This document shows positions 37,824-47,654 of a DNA stretch of 64,000 nucleotides, in pieces. The first letter of the stretch is position 1. Every line of letters starts with the position of its first letter. Position numbers and translations under genes: made by a program. The DNA is taken from contig JAJFIX010000045.1 in NCBI GenBank assembly GCA_021774575.1, positions 142,561 to 206,560 of the forward strand. The letters run 5' to 3'. This DNA comes from Alphaproteobacteria bacterium (GTDB taxonomy: Bacteria; Pseudomonadota; Alphaproteobacteria; UBA6615). Below the pieces are notes generated by a model, which saw only the letters and a list, made by a program, of their open reading frames with translations, did no database searches and had not been told where the DNA came from.

Positions 37824-39005
37824 CTACTCCCTCCCCCGCAAGTTTGGGTATTCGCCCGTGGGGGTGGCGAATTCATCGGCTACGCCTTGCAAGGCGGCGA
37901 TCCGCCGACGCGTCGCATCAACGACCGCCGCACCGTCTAGGACGGTCAATCGAAGCTCATAGCGAGCCGCCTGCCCATGATCGAGGGTGACAAGTTCACC
38001 CCGGTCTTGGCCAAATTTTCGTCCCGGCAGGTGATTTGTCGCCGGCTCTATGGCCAAGGCATATAGGCCGGCTTGAAAGGCTTGCCACTGCAGATGGACC
38101 GGGAGTTGGCGTTGATCATATTCGAGCAAGACACCGAATGGGCCGCCACCGGAAAAATTCGGATTAATGAGTGCGGTCGGTACAATTCCGTCGCTGTCGG
38201 CAATAACCTCGTGCTGCCATACTTGCTCGGCAAAATCTTCTTGGGGGCCGACTTGCCGGCGCCACCCGACACCCTGGGCATCGAGATCATGATTGGCTGC
38301 GATCACGGATCTGACCGGCGCCAAAACTTCGGTTTCAGCGTCAAGCAAAGGAAAACCAAAATTCACGTGATAGAGCATCATGTGAACGGTCGGCCGAAAC
38401 CCTCTATTTTCGACACGGTCCTTGATGGTTATCGTCTCACCGCCGAGATCGGCCTCAATGCGCCTGACCAGGCCAAGATGCTCCCCATGGATCATCGCCT
38501 GGGTAACCTCGCCTTCGGCCCAAATCACAGCTTCGTCGCCTTGCCAGGAAGTGCCGTAGCCGATCAACCGGGCCGGTGCATTGGCGATCCGGCCATGCAG
38601 CGGGTAATCCAGTTCGCTAAACCTGGGATAGGAAAAATTACTGGCGTCACCCCGTTCGGGCCCGAGAATATGCTCTAGCCCGCAGCTGGAAACTAGCCCG
38701 GTAAACCCGCGTAAAAAGCCAAACCCGGCATCACCCTCAGGGGTTATCAGCCCCGGATGCCGCACACCGGGCGCACCGTGCCAACCAAAGGGCGTGCCAC
38801 GATATTCACCCGATAGGAGGTCGAAACCTCGATCAACGGCAATCTGAAAAGAAAGGCCAGCGCCGGTGCGCGCCTGAAGAACCCGCACCCCCCGGCCGGG
38901 CCCATCGGCCAGGGTGACGAGTTCTACACCCGCCAGCTTATCGCGCGAGCCCGAAAACGCCTCGACCTCACGTCGCGTTAGATTGCGGCCAAAAAGGTGC
39001 ACCAT
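37824..39005 (-). CDS. Aldose-1-epimerase-like protein (DUF4432 family)
   Basis: 393 aa. Resembles the galactose-mutarotase-like DUF4432 proteins found in sugar operons. Tightly coupled to xylB. Confidence 0.5.
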   Translation of the reverse strand: MVHLFGRNLTRREVEAFSGSRDKLAGVELVTLADGPGRGVRVLQARTGAGLSFQIAVDRGFDLLSGEYRGTPFGWHGAPGVRHPGLITPEGDAGFGFLRGFTGLVSSCGLEHILGPERGDASNFSYPRFSELDYPLHGRIANAPARLIGYGTSWQGDEAVIWAEGEVTQAMIHGEHLGLVRRIEADLGGETITIKDRVENRGFRPTVHMMLYHVNFGFPLLDAETEVLAPVRSVIAANHDLDAQGVGWRRQVGPQEDFAEQVWQHEVIADSDGIVPTALINPNFSGGGPFGVLLEYDQRQLPVHLQWQAFQAGLYALAIEPATNHLPGRKFGQDRGELVTLDHGQAARYELRLTVLDGAAVVDATRRRIAALQGVADEFATPTGEYPNLRGRE

Positions 39006-39010
39006 TTGGT

Positions 39011-40015
39011 TCAGACCGTTTCCCAGGCCTCGCTTTGGGCAGAATTAAAAATAGCGTCGAGGACTGCCATATTGGCGACGCTGTCTTCTAAGCTGGTTAC
39101 CGGCTGGCGCTCCCCACGAACCGCTTTGGAAAACTCCTCGGCTTCGATTGTGTACTGATCAAAGATCGGGAAGGTTTCGGTTTTTGACGACAAATTGCCG
39201 AGCTCGGACCCATCGTCGATCAAGATTGTATTGGGCCGATCGACAAAACTATTGCAAGCCACCGTCAATTCAATGCGACCCTTGGTACCGAGTATCGTCG
39301 CCCGCTGATGATCGGCCAGTTGGGTTGAGGTGATGAACCCGGCTTGCACACCGTTGCCAAAATCCATCATCACGCTTTCCAGCCGATCAGTGCCAAACTT
39401 GGGATCGCGGTCCATCAAGGAAACCACGCGTTTGGGCTCGGCCCCGAGAATGAAACGGGCCGTGGTGACGGGATAACAGCCAATGTCATAGAGCGCGCCA
39501 CCGCCGATATCGGCCATATTGCGGACATTTTCCGGGTCGTCGTTGAAGTAGGTGAAATACCAGTGAAAGGCCTTTACCTCACCAATTGCGCCGCTTTGCA
39601 CGAGCTCGCGGGCGCGCAGCCACTGGGGGTTTGAGTGAACCATGAAGGCTTCTTGAATAATTTTTCCGGTCTCATCGCGCACAGCGATCAGTGTTTTTGC
39701 CTCGTCGGCAGTCAGGGCAAGAGGTTTCTCACAAAGCACATGCTTGCCGGCCCGGGCCGCCTGTGCCGCCATCGAAACATGCAGGTGATTGGGTAACGGA
39801 ACATAAACCGCCTCGATCTCCGGATCAGCCAACAGATCCTCGTAGGCGCCATATATTTTCTCCACGCCAAACTTCTCGGCCGTCCCTTTTGCCTTTTCGG
39901 GGTTGCGCGATGCCAATGCGATTACGTTACATAAATCGCTCTTCATCATTCCTGGAATGACATGGGCGCGTGCAATATGCGCGTCGCCGACCCATCCCCA
40001 TTTCACTGGCTCCAT
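39011..40015 (-). CDS. Gfo/Idh/MocA-family NAD(P) oxidoreductase (candidate aldose 1-dehydrogenase)
   Basis: Rossmann N-terminus, EKPLALT motif. First gene of a four-gene minus-strand operon ending in xylA. Confidence 0.8.
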   Translation of the reverse strand: MEPVKWGWVGDAHIARAHVIPGMMKSDLCNVIALASRNPEKAKGTAEKFGVEKIYGAYEDLLADPEIEAVYVPLPNHLHVSMAAQAARAGKHVLCEKPLALTADEAKTLIAVRDETGKIIQEAFMVHSNPQWLRARELVQSGAIGEVKAFHWYFTYFNDDPENVRNMADIGGGALYDIGCYPVTTARFILGAEPKRVVSLMDRDPKFGTDRLESVMMDFGNGVQAGFITSTQLADHQRATILGTKGRIELTVACNSFVDRPNTILIDDGSELGNLSSKTETFPIFDQYTIEAEEFSKAVRGERQPVTSLEDSVANMAVLDAIFNSAQSEAWETV

Positions 40016-40179
40016 CGTTCGATGCCCCTTCTATTTTTGTTTGTCATGACCACGTCAAAGCAATAGCCGAAATCATAAGGTGAAGCTATTGTCTTGACTC
40101 CATGGTCAACATTCAACCTGACTACGAAATCAAAAACACCCTATGCGCATGCGATTTTACCCCTTCCGGAGTTCTAATT

Positions 40180-41370
40180 ATGAGTGACAACCCTGTTATT
40201 TCTGCCCTTGGGCGTAAACTCCGTCTCGGAGTTATTGGTGGGGGGCCGGGTTCGTTCATCGGCGCAATGCATCGGGCGGCGGCCCGTTTGGACGATCGCT
40301 ACGAACTCGTCGCCGGGGTTCTCTCTTCCAACCCGGACCGGTCAAAAACCTTTGGGGCCGATATCGGCATCTCTGCTGATCGGGCGTATGGATCCGCCGG
40401 GGAAATGCTGTCGTCCGAGGCCGGACGCGAGGGCGGGATCGATGTCTGTGCGATCATGACACCCAACGACTCCCATTTCGAATATTGTTCCTTGGCGCTG
40501 GATGCCGGATTTGACGTGATTTGCGATAAGCCGATGACCAACACGTTGGATGAGGCGATTGCCCTCCACAAAAAAGTAGTGAAGTCGGACCGCATTTTTT
40601 GCCTGACCCATAATTATACCGGATATCCAATGGTCCGCCAGGCGCGAGCTATGGTGGCCGATGGGCAACTCGGCGACATCCGAATGATACAGGTTGAATA
40701 TGTCCAAGGCGGCAATGCCGCCGATGACGCGGTGCAAGCCAATGAAGACGGCAGTCTCTCCTGGCGCCTCGATCCCGAGCGCGGCGGGCCATCGCTTGTG
40801 CTCGGTGACATCGGCACCCATGCTCATAATTTGGCTTGCTTCATTTCCGGGCTGGAGCTCACGCAAATTGCCGCACAGGTCGGCACCGTCGTGCCAGACC
40901 GCAAAGTTCATGATGTGGCGGGCGCCCTGCTGCGCTTCGACAATGGGGCGGTTGGCAATTTATGGGCGACGCAGGCGGCCGCCGGGGTGGAAAACTGCCT
41001 GCGAATTCGCATCTCGGGCTCGCTTGGAACCATTGAATGGTGGCAGGAAACACCGGCCCAAATGGCCTTCCGCCCCTTGGATGGCCCTGCCCAGATGCGC
41101 ACCAATAATGGGCCAGGCACCCTTCCCGCCGCAGCCCGCGCCTGCCGTATCGTTAGTGGTCACCCTGAGGGATTTCACGAGGGTTTTGCCAATATTTATT
41201 CCGACGCCGCCGAGGCGGTGTCCGCCCGCATAGCAGGAACAAAGGCCGACCCGTTGGCTCTCGATTTTCCAAATTCGGCGGATGGTGCCCGGGGCGTCGC
41301 CTTTGCCCATGCGGCGGTGACATCCAGCAAAGATAACAGCGCCTGGACCGATTGCCGGATCGAACTGTAG
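40180..41370 (+). CDS. Gfo/Idh/MocA-family oxidoreductase
   Basis: Start at MSDNPVI; LRLGVIGGGPGSFIG, CDKPMT. The ORF-track start at 40102 is probably too far upstream. Confidence 0.8.
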   Translation: MSDNPVISALGRKLRLGVIGGGPGSFIGAMHRAAARLDDRYELVAGVLSSNPDRSKTFGADIGISADRAYGSAGEMLSSEAGREGGIDVCAIMTPNDSHFEYCSLALDAGFDVICDKPMTNTLDEAIALHKKVVKSDRIFCLTHNYTGYPMVRQARAMVADGQLGDIRMIQVEYVQGGNAADDAVQANEDGSLSWRLDPERGGPSLVLGDIGTHAHNLACFISGLELTQIAAQVGTVVPDRKVHDVAGALLRFDNGAVGNLWATQAAAGVENCLRIRISGSLGTIEWWQETPAQMAFRPLDGPAQMRTNNGPGTLPAAARACRIVSGHPEGFHEGFANIYSDAAEAVSARIAGTKADPLALDFPNSADGARGVAFAHAAVTSSKDNSAWTDCRIEL

Positions 41371-41378
41371 GGAGCTAA

Positions 41379-42254
41379 ATGGTGATGTTGGAAAACAAGG
41401 ATATAGCCGGCGGTATTAAAACACCCAGGCTTCGCGCCCCGGCGGGAACGTGCGATTGCCATATGCACATTATTTATCCCGAACAGCGCTTCGCTTTTAC
41501 TAAGGGTAATGAAGGAATTTTCTCGGAGCATCCCCTTGAAGCCTATCGGGCGGTGGCAAAAACCCTCGGCATCGACCGGTGCATTGTCGCTCAAACGCCG
41601 CCCTACGGGTTAGACAACTCCAATACCATGGCGGCGGTCAAGGAAATCGGTTTACCCGCCCGTGCAACCGTAGCGGTCGGACCCGATATTGAGGAGGCCG
41701 AGCTGGACGCGCTGGACAAGGCGGGCGCCCGTGGCGCCAATTTTTTCATGCTGCCCGGTGGCTGTCTCGATTGGGATGCCGTGCGACCGGTCGCGGAAAA
41801 GATAAAAGCATTTGGTTGGCACGTGCAAATCCAGCTCGATGGACGCGAGCTGGGTGACTATGAGCAAGCCCTGGCCAAGCTGGAAAATGAAATCGTCATT
41901 GACCATATTGGTAAATTCCTGGGTCCCGCCGACCTTGACCATGTAGGTTTTCAAGCCCTGCTGCGTCTTGTCGAGACCGGCAAGACATACGTCAAGTTAT
42001 CAGCACCCAACGAATCCACGACCGATACGCCACCCTATATGAAAGATGCGGGGAAACGCGCGGCGGCGCTCATCGAGGCGGCGCCGGAGCGGATGCTATG
42101 GGCGTCGAACTGGCCCCATCTCGGTGACCCGGTCATGTCGGAAAAACCCGACACGGCGATGCTGCTCGACACGCTCCTTGCTTGGACGAATGACCAAGCA
42201 ATCCGTGACATGATATTGGCCGACAATCCAGCGCGCCTTTACGGATTTGAGTGA
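41379..42254 (+). CDS. Amidohydrolase-2 family protein (candidate sugar lactonase)
   Basis: 291 aa; CDCHMHI metal-binding motif. This family includes the fucono- and rhamnono-lactonases. Confidence 0.7.
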   Translation: MVMLENKDIAGGIKTPRLRAPAGTCDCHMHIIYPEQRFAFTKGNEGIFSEHPLEAYRAVAKTLGIDRCIVAQTPPYGLDNSNTMAAVKEIGLPARATVAVGPDIEEAELDALDKAGARGANFFMLPGGCLDWDAVRPVAEKIKAFGWHVQIQLDGRELGDYEQALAKLENEIVIDHIGKFLGPADLDHVGFQALLRLVETGKTYVKLSAPNESTTDTPPYMKDAGKRAAALIEAAPERMLWASNWPHLGDPVMSEKPDTAMLLDTLLAWTNDQAIRDMILADNPARLYGFE

Positions 42255-43978
42255 GGCCCACGCAGATGAAAAATAAGCCCAACAGCGGAATGTATCGCAA
42301 CCTCACTTCTTATGGGGATGACGAGTTTTCGGTGTTTTTGCGTAAAGCCTTCATCAAGGCGATGGGCTATACCGACGACGCTCTTGAACGTCCGATCATC
42401 GGCATCACCAACACCTATTCAGGTTACAACGCCTGCCATCGCAACGTTCCCGACCTGGTCGATGCGGTCAAACGGGGGGTGATGCTGGCTGGTGGGCTGC
42501 CGATCGATTTCCCGACGATCTCGATCCATGAGAGCTTTGCTCACCCGACATCGATGTTCCTGCGCAACTTGATGTCGATGGATGCTGAGGAAATGATCCG
42601 CGCCCAGCCAATGGATGCCGTGGTCTTGATCGGCGGTTGTGACAAGACGGTCCCGGCCCTGCTAATGGGCGCGGCCAGTACCAATATTCCGGCAATCCTA
42701 GAGGTAACCGGCCCAATGGCGACCGGCGATCATCGGGGCGAGCGGGTCGGCGCCTGTACTGATTGCCGTCGATTTTGGTCGGCCCATCGGGCCGGCGAAA
42801 TCAGCGCCGATGAGATTGCCGATGTGGGCAGCGAGTTGGCGCCGAGTGCCGGCACATGCATGGTCATGGGAACCGCCAGCACCATGGCGTGTGTGAGTGA
42901 AGCGCTGGGCGTCATGCTGCCCAACGGCGCGGCGATCTCAGCGGTCGCCTCACGTCGGCTCCGCCACGCCGAAGAAACCGGAGCACGAGCTGTCTCGTTG
43001 GCAACCAATGAACAACCGATGACCCTGAGCAAATTTCTGACCGCCGAGGCATTTGAAAATGCCTTGCGCGTTTTGATGGCAATCGGTGGATCGACAAATG
43101 GATTGATCCATCTCGCCGCGATCGCCGGACGGGTTGGCCTGGAAATCGACCTCGACCTGGTCGACAAAATCGGGTCCGAGACACCGGTATTGTTGGACCT
43201 AAAACCGAGCGGCGATCATTATATGAGTGACTTCCACCAGGCTGGCGGCGTCATCCAATTAATGCGCGAAATCGCCGGAGACCTTCATCTAGAGGTTCCA
43301 ACAATCGGCGGCCCGACATTGGGCGAGATACTGGACACGTCCCCACCATCCTGGCCCCAAAATGTCATCAGATCGACTACCAACCCGATCTATGACGGTG
43401 GCGCAATTGCTGTATTGAAAGGCAATCTAGCGCCGGGTGGCGCGGTCATTAAACAGTCGGCGGCCTCTCCCGAGCTCTTGACCCATACCGGGCGGGCGTT
43501 TGTTTTCTCCTCGGTGGAAGACCTCGCCGCCCGGATCGACGACCCATCTCAGGCCATACACCCCAGCGACATTTTGGTGCTGCAAAATGCCGGGCCTAAA
43601 GGAGCGCCGGGCATGCCCGAGGCTGGCGCCCTGCCCATTCCAAAATATCTTTCATCCCAGGGCGTCAGAGACATGGTGCGCATATCCGATGCCCGCATGT
43701 CGGGCACGGCATATGGCACCGTGGTCTTGCATGTCACCCCGGAAGCGGCCGAGGGCGGACCGCTGAGGTTGGTTAAAACCGGCGATGAGATTGCGCTGAA
43801 TGTTCCCGAGCGGCGTCTTGACTTGTTGGTCGCGGGCGACGAATTAACAATTCGACAAGGCGCGCATGCCCGACCTAGACCGGCCCCCAAACGAGGGTTC
43901 GGTAAACTGCATCAAGACCATGTCTTGCAGGCTGATGAAGGATGTGATTTTGATTTTTTGGTGGGAGAAAAAGCATGA
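42251..43978 (+). CDS. IlvD/EDD-family sugar-acid dehydratase (xylonate/arabinonate dehydratase-like)
   Basis: 575 aa; CDKTVPA, SAGTC(M) Fe-S cluster ligands, C-terminal ...ARMSGTAYG. Confidence 0.85.
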   Translation: MRPTQMKNKPNSGMYRNLTSYGDDEFSVFLRKAFIKAMGYTDDALERPIIGITNTYSGYNACHRNVPDLVDAVKRGVMLAGGLPIDFPTISIHESFAHPTSMFLRNLMSMDAEEMIRAQPMDAVVLIGGCDKTVPALLMGAASTNIPAILEVTGPMATGDHRGERVGACTDCRRFWSAHRAGEISADEIADVGSELAPSAGTCMVMGTASTMACVSEALGVMLPNGAAISAVASRRLRHAEETGARAVSLATNEQPMTLSKFLTAEAFENALRVLMAIGGSTNGLIHLAAIAGRVGLEIDLDLVDKIGSETPVLLDLKPSGDHYMSDFHQAGGVIQLMREIAGDLHLEVPTIGGPTLGEILDTSPPSWPQNVIRSTTNPIYDGGAIAVLKGNLAPGGAVIKQSAASPELLTHTGRAFVFSSVEDLAARIDDPSQAIHPSDILVLQNAGPKGAPGMPEAGALPIPKYLSSQGVRDMVRISDARMSGTAYGTVVLHVTPEAAEGGPLRLVKTGDEIALNVPERRLDLLVAGDELTIRQGAHARPRPAPKRGFGKLHQDHVLQADEGCDFDFLVGEKA

Positions 43979-44412
43979 AGCATTTCATTTTGAGTATTTG
44001 TCTTCTGCTTATAGGAAGCGTGAGCCTCGTTCAGGCACAGACCCAGTCCGGCAGCCCCGATTATGACGCCATCCTCAGGCTCTACAATCAAGCTCTCGAC
44101 GTTCACGATGACAAATGCGGTTATCGAATTGGCAATTCCGTTTGGGCAATTGGCGGCGGCAAGGACGAAGCCACCGGTGTCGTTGCCGGAGAATTTTTTG
44201 CTTTTGACGGGGGTCAAGAACTACGCCAGGGCTATCGCTTGACCACTGATGGCCAGGAATTGACCCTGCCCGGCCGGGCCCACGATCTCTTTTTGAGACG
44301 AAGCGATGGGACCGGTGCCTTAACATTTCGTGTCTGTAGTTTGAAAGCGGACGGAAGCCAAAACTGCACAATATTTGGCGACACATATCACATATGTTTT
44401 CTCTACGGATGA
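43975..44412 (+). CDS. Small secreted hypothetical protein (signal peptide, 4 Cys); no family recognised
   Basis: 145 aa; MKHFILSICLLLIGSVSLVQA signal peptide. The ATGA overlap with the dehydratase stop indicates translational coupling. Confidence 0.6.
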   Translation: MKHFILSICLLLIGSVSLVQAQTQSGSPDYDAILRLYNQALDVHDDKCGYRIGNSVWAIGGGKDEATGVVAGEFFAFDGGQELRQGYRLTTDGQELTLPGRAHDLFLRRSDGTGALTFRVCSLKADGSQNCTIFGDTYHICFLYG

Positions 44413-44459
44413 CCGATATTCTTTGCCGTTCAATCCAGCCTTTTACCGGAATATGACGA

Positions 44460-45437
44460 ATGCCCTTTGTGCTTGTTGCTGATGTTGGCGGAACAAATAC
44501 CCGAATGGCTGTTGCCGATAGGTTGACCGGCGCCTACGGCCATGTTCACCGCTATCGCAATGCCGATTTTAAAAGTCTGGAAGACATCGTGCACGCCTAT
44601 CGAGAAGCGTCCGATGCACCACCGGTTGAGGGGGCGGCATTTGCCGTGGCCGGCCCGGTGAATGGTCGACGGATGAAGTTAACCAACCTGCCCTGGGATA
44701 TTGACGCAGATAGTTTGGCCCAATCGATCGGTGGAGTTCACACCTATCTGCTCAATGATTTTGAGGCTCTGGCTTTGGCCCTGCCTCACCTGCTCCCGGA
44801 ACAAGCCGTTGCACTGACTGATATTGAACCCGACGAGCAAGCGCCGCGCATTGTTCTTGGGCCGGGAACAGGGCTCGGCGTTGCCACGTTGGTTCGAGAC
44901 CAAAGAGATGGTTGGCTGGCGATACCCGGTGAAGGCGGTCATATCAGCCTGCCGATCATCGACGAGCGTGACTTTCGCCTGTACCAAATCATACTGAAGG
45001 ATGTTCCCAGAGTTTCAGCGGAAAGAGTGCTATCTGGTGCGGGAATAATGCGTCTCTACAAAGCTATGGCCGACTTAAACGATTTGCCAATTCAACACAC
45101 AACACCGGCCGAAATCACGTCAGCGGCGCGATCCGGCGGCGATCAGCTCGCTGCAGACACAATGCGGCAATTCGTAACTTGGTTCGCCCGGGTGGCGGCA
45201 AATATCTCACTCGTCAACATGCCCCGCGGCGGCGTTTATCTCGGCGGTGGCATATCATTGCAAATTCGGCCCTGGCTCGAAGACGGAACCTTTGTCGGTG
45301 CCTTTAGCGAAGTCGGGCGCATGTCGGCATTATTGCGAAAATTGCCAGTCTATTTAATCGATGCCAAAACACCGGCGCTGATCGGCGCCGCCACCTATGC
45401 CGGCGACCAATTGAAGCAGGAAAAAAGCAATGTCTAG
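44460..45437 (+). CDS. glk: Glucokinase
   Basis: N-terminus LVADVGGTNTRMAV; bacterial Glk family, 325 aa. Confidence 0.85.
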   Translation: MPFVLVADVGGTNTRMAVADRLTGAYGHVHRYRNADFKSLEDIVHAYREASDAPPVEGAAFAVAGPVNGRRMKLTNLPWDIDADSLAQSIGGVHTYLLNDFEALALALPHLLPEQAVALTDIEPDEQAPRIVLGPGTGLGVATLVRDQRDGWLAIPGEGGHISLPIIDERDFRLYQIILKDVPRVSAERVLSGAGIMRLYKAMADLNDLPIQHTTPAEITSAARSGGDQLAADTMRQFVTWFARVAANISLVNMPRGGVYLGGGISLQIRPWLEDGTFVGAFSEVGRMSALLRKLPVYLIDAKTPALIGAATYAGDQLKQEKSNV

Positions 45438-46908
45438 TCGTATCGTACCAGTCCCCGAATGCGACCTGGTCATATTTGGCGGCACCGGCGACCTCTCTCG
45501 CCGCAAAATCCTGCCCGCACTTTTTGATCGGGTCATCGACGGCCAACTACCGGACACAAGCCGTATCATCGGCGTCTCGCGCACTAAAATGACAACCGGC
45601 GATTATCGCGCCTGGACCCAAGACGCCCTTGGCGACCATGAAACCGCTAAAAATTCAAGTTCACATTTCGAGGCATTTTGTGATCAAGCCCACTATGTCT
45701 GCCTGGACGTCGAGACCGGTCAGGGATGGGACGCACTCACGCAACTGCTGGCGAGTCACGAAGACCGAAAACGCATATTTTACCTCGCCGTTGGCCCGGA
45801 ACTCTTCGGTGGTATATGTCGGGCGATCGACGCCCAGGGGCTTATTACCGAAAATACAAGACTGGTAATGGAAAAACCGATCGGCCGCGACCTTGCCTCG
45901 GCCCGCGCGCTCAATGATGAAGTCGCCGCTGCGTTTCAAGAAGATCAAATTTATCGGATTGATCATTATCTCGGGAAGGAAACCGTACAAAACCTGATGG
46001 TCTTGCGGTTTGCCAATATGCTGTTCGAGCCGATTTGGAATTCAGCTCATATCGACCATGTCCAGATCAGTGTCGCCGAGACCTTGGGCGTGGGAACCCG
46101 CGCCGGATATTACGACCGGTCGGGGGCGCTGCGCGACATGGTGCAGAACCATCTCTTGCAGCTTTTGTGCCTAGTCGCCATGGAACCCTCAATGTCGATG
46201 GATGCGACAGCCGTGCGCGATGAAAAGCTCAAAGTTCTCCGTGCCCTGCGTCCAGTCACTCGGGAAAGCGCCAGCAATCAGATCGTGCGCGGGCAATATT
46301 TGCGGGGCGCAAGCGCCGACGGCCCGGTTCCGGGATATTTGGATGAGTTGGGCAGCGCAGAAAGCAACACGGAGACCTTTGTTGCGTTGAAAGCCGAGAT
46401 TGAAAATTGGCGATGGGCTGGGGTGCCGTTTTATTTGCGTACAGGAAAGCGCCTGGCCACCCGCGCTTCGGAAATTGTTGTTTCGTTTAAAGCCATTCCC
46501 CATTCCATTTTCGATGGTGGTGCCGGAACGGTGAGCGAGAATAAACTCATTTTGCGCCTTCAACCGGACGAAGGCGTCAAGCTAATGATCATGATCAAAG
46601 ATCCGGGGCAGGGCGGGTTGCGGCTGCGCCGCGTTCCCCTCGACATGACTTTTGCCGAATCTTTCGACGTACGGGCGTCCGACGCCTATGAACGTCTATT
46701 GATGGATGTGGTGCGCGGCAATCAGACATTGTTTATGCGCCGAGACGAAGTTGAAGCGGCATGGCGCTGGATTGACCCAATATTGCAAGCCTGGGACGAA
46801 ACCGAGGAACGCCCGAGCAGCTATACTGCCGGGACTTGGGGACCGACCGCGTCGGTTGCGCTGATCGAACGTGATGGCCGAACATGGCATGAGGAGTCCG
46901 GGGTTTGA
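45430..46908 (+). CDS. zwf: Glucose-6-phosphate 1-dehydrogenase
   Basis: IFGGTGDLSRRK, RIDHYLGKE. Confidence 0.95.
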   Translation: MSSRIVPVPECDLVIFGGTGDLSRRKILPALFDRVIDGQLPDTSRIIGVSRTKMTTGDYRAWTQDALGDHETAKNSSSHFEAFCDQAHYVCLDVETGQGWDALTQLLASHEDRKRIFYLAVGPELFGGICRAIDAQGLITENTRLVMEKPIGRDLASARALNDEVAAAFQEDQIYRIDHYLGKETVQNLMVLRFANMLFEPIWNSAHIDHVQISVAETLGVGTRAGYYDRSGALRDMVQNHLLQLLCLVAMEPSMSMDATAVRDEKLKVLRALRPVTRESASNQIVRGQYLRGASADGPVPGYLDELGSAESNTETFVALKAEIENWRWAGVPFYLRTGKRLATRASEIVVSFKAIPHSIFDGGAGTVSENKLILRLQPDEGVKLMIMIKDPGQGGLRLRRVPLDMTFAESFDVRASDAYERLLMDVVRGNQTLFMRRDEVEAAWRWIDPILQAWDETEERPSSYTAGTWGPTASVALIERDGRTWHEESGV

Positions 46909-47633
46909 CCATAGCTGAGCCGGACGGACTTGCAGCCGACAGTTTCACCCAAACAGAATCCCGAGAGGAATTGGCCGACCGTCTCGCCCGCGCCGTGGCA
47001 ACGGATATCAAAACCGATATTGATCAGCGTGGGTCGGCGTTGATTGCCCTTTCCGGCGGCACGACACCGAAACTTTTCTTGAAGCAATTGGCGTCAATGG
47101 ACCTGGCTTGGGATCGGGTAACCGTGACCTTGGTCGATGAGCGCTGGGTTCCCGAAACAGACGACCGGTCAAATGCCCGGTTTATCAAAAGTGAATTGCT
47201 GCATGGCGCAGCGGCGAATGCAGCTTTCATTCCCCTCTATGTCAACGCCGCAACACCCGAAGAGGGATTAGCCAATAGCCTGAAAAACATTGCCGACCTT
47301 CATCAAGGCGGTTTTACCGCCGTTATTTTAGGAATGGGCGCGGACGGTCACACCGCTTCTTTTTTTCCCGGCGGCGACAATTTGATCGAGGCAATCGAAC
47401 TAAACAGCAACAATTTGCTATACACGATGCGTGCTCCGGATGCCGGAGAACCGCGCTTAACCTTTTCCCTTTCCGCCCTGCTCGAAACCAAGGCTCTATA
47501 CTTGCACATCGAAGGCGCGGAAAAATTGGCAGTCTTGAACCAAGCCCGCATGGCGGGACCCGCCGAAGAGTTTCCGATCCGCGCTGTCCTGCGCCAGGAC
47601 CGTATCCCCACGCGTATATTTTGGTGCCCCTAG
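46905..47633 (+). CDS. pgl: 6-phosphogluconolactonase
   Basis: LSGGTTPKLF, DERWVPE. Confidence 0.85.
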   Translation: MTIAEPDGLAADSFTQTESREELADRLARAVATDIKTDIDQRGSALIALSGGTTPKLFLKQLASMDLAWDRVTVTLVDERWVPETDDRSNARFIKSELLHGAAANAAFIPLYVNAATPEEGLANSLKNIADLHQGGFTAVILGMGADGHTASFFPGGDNLIEAIELNSNNLLYTMRAPDAGEPRLTFSLSALLETKALYLHIEGAEKLAVLNQARMAGPAEEFPIRAVLRQDRIPTRIFWCP

Positions 47634-47654
47634 GGCAAAAGAAATGAGACCGAC

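Noticed and set aside
40041-40060. TTTGTCATGACCACGTCAAA apparent dyad in the Gfo/Gfo divergent promoter
   Set aside because: On checking, only the outer 4 bp and an internal GTCATGAC are symmetric. It is not a clean inverted repeat.
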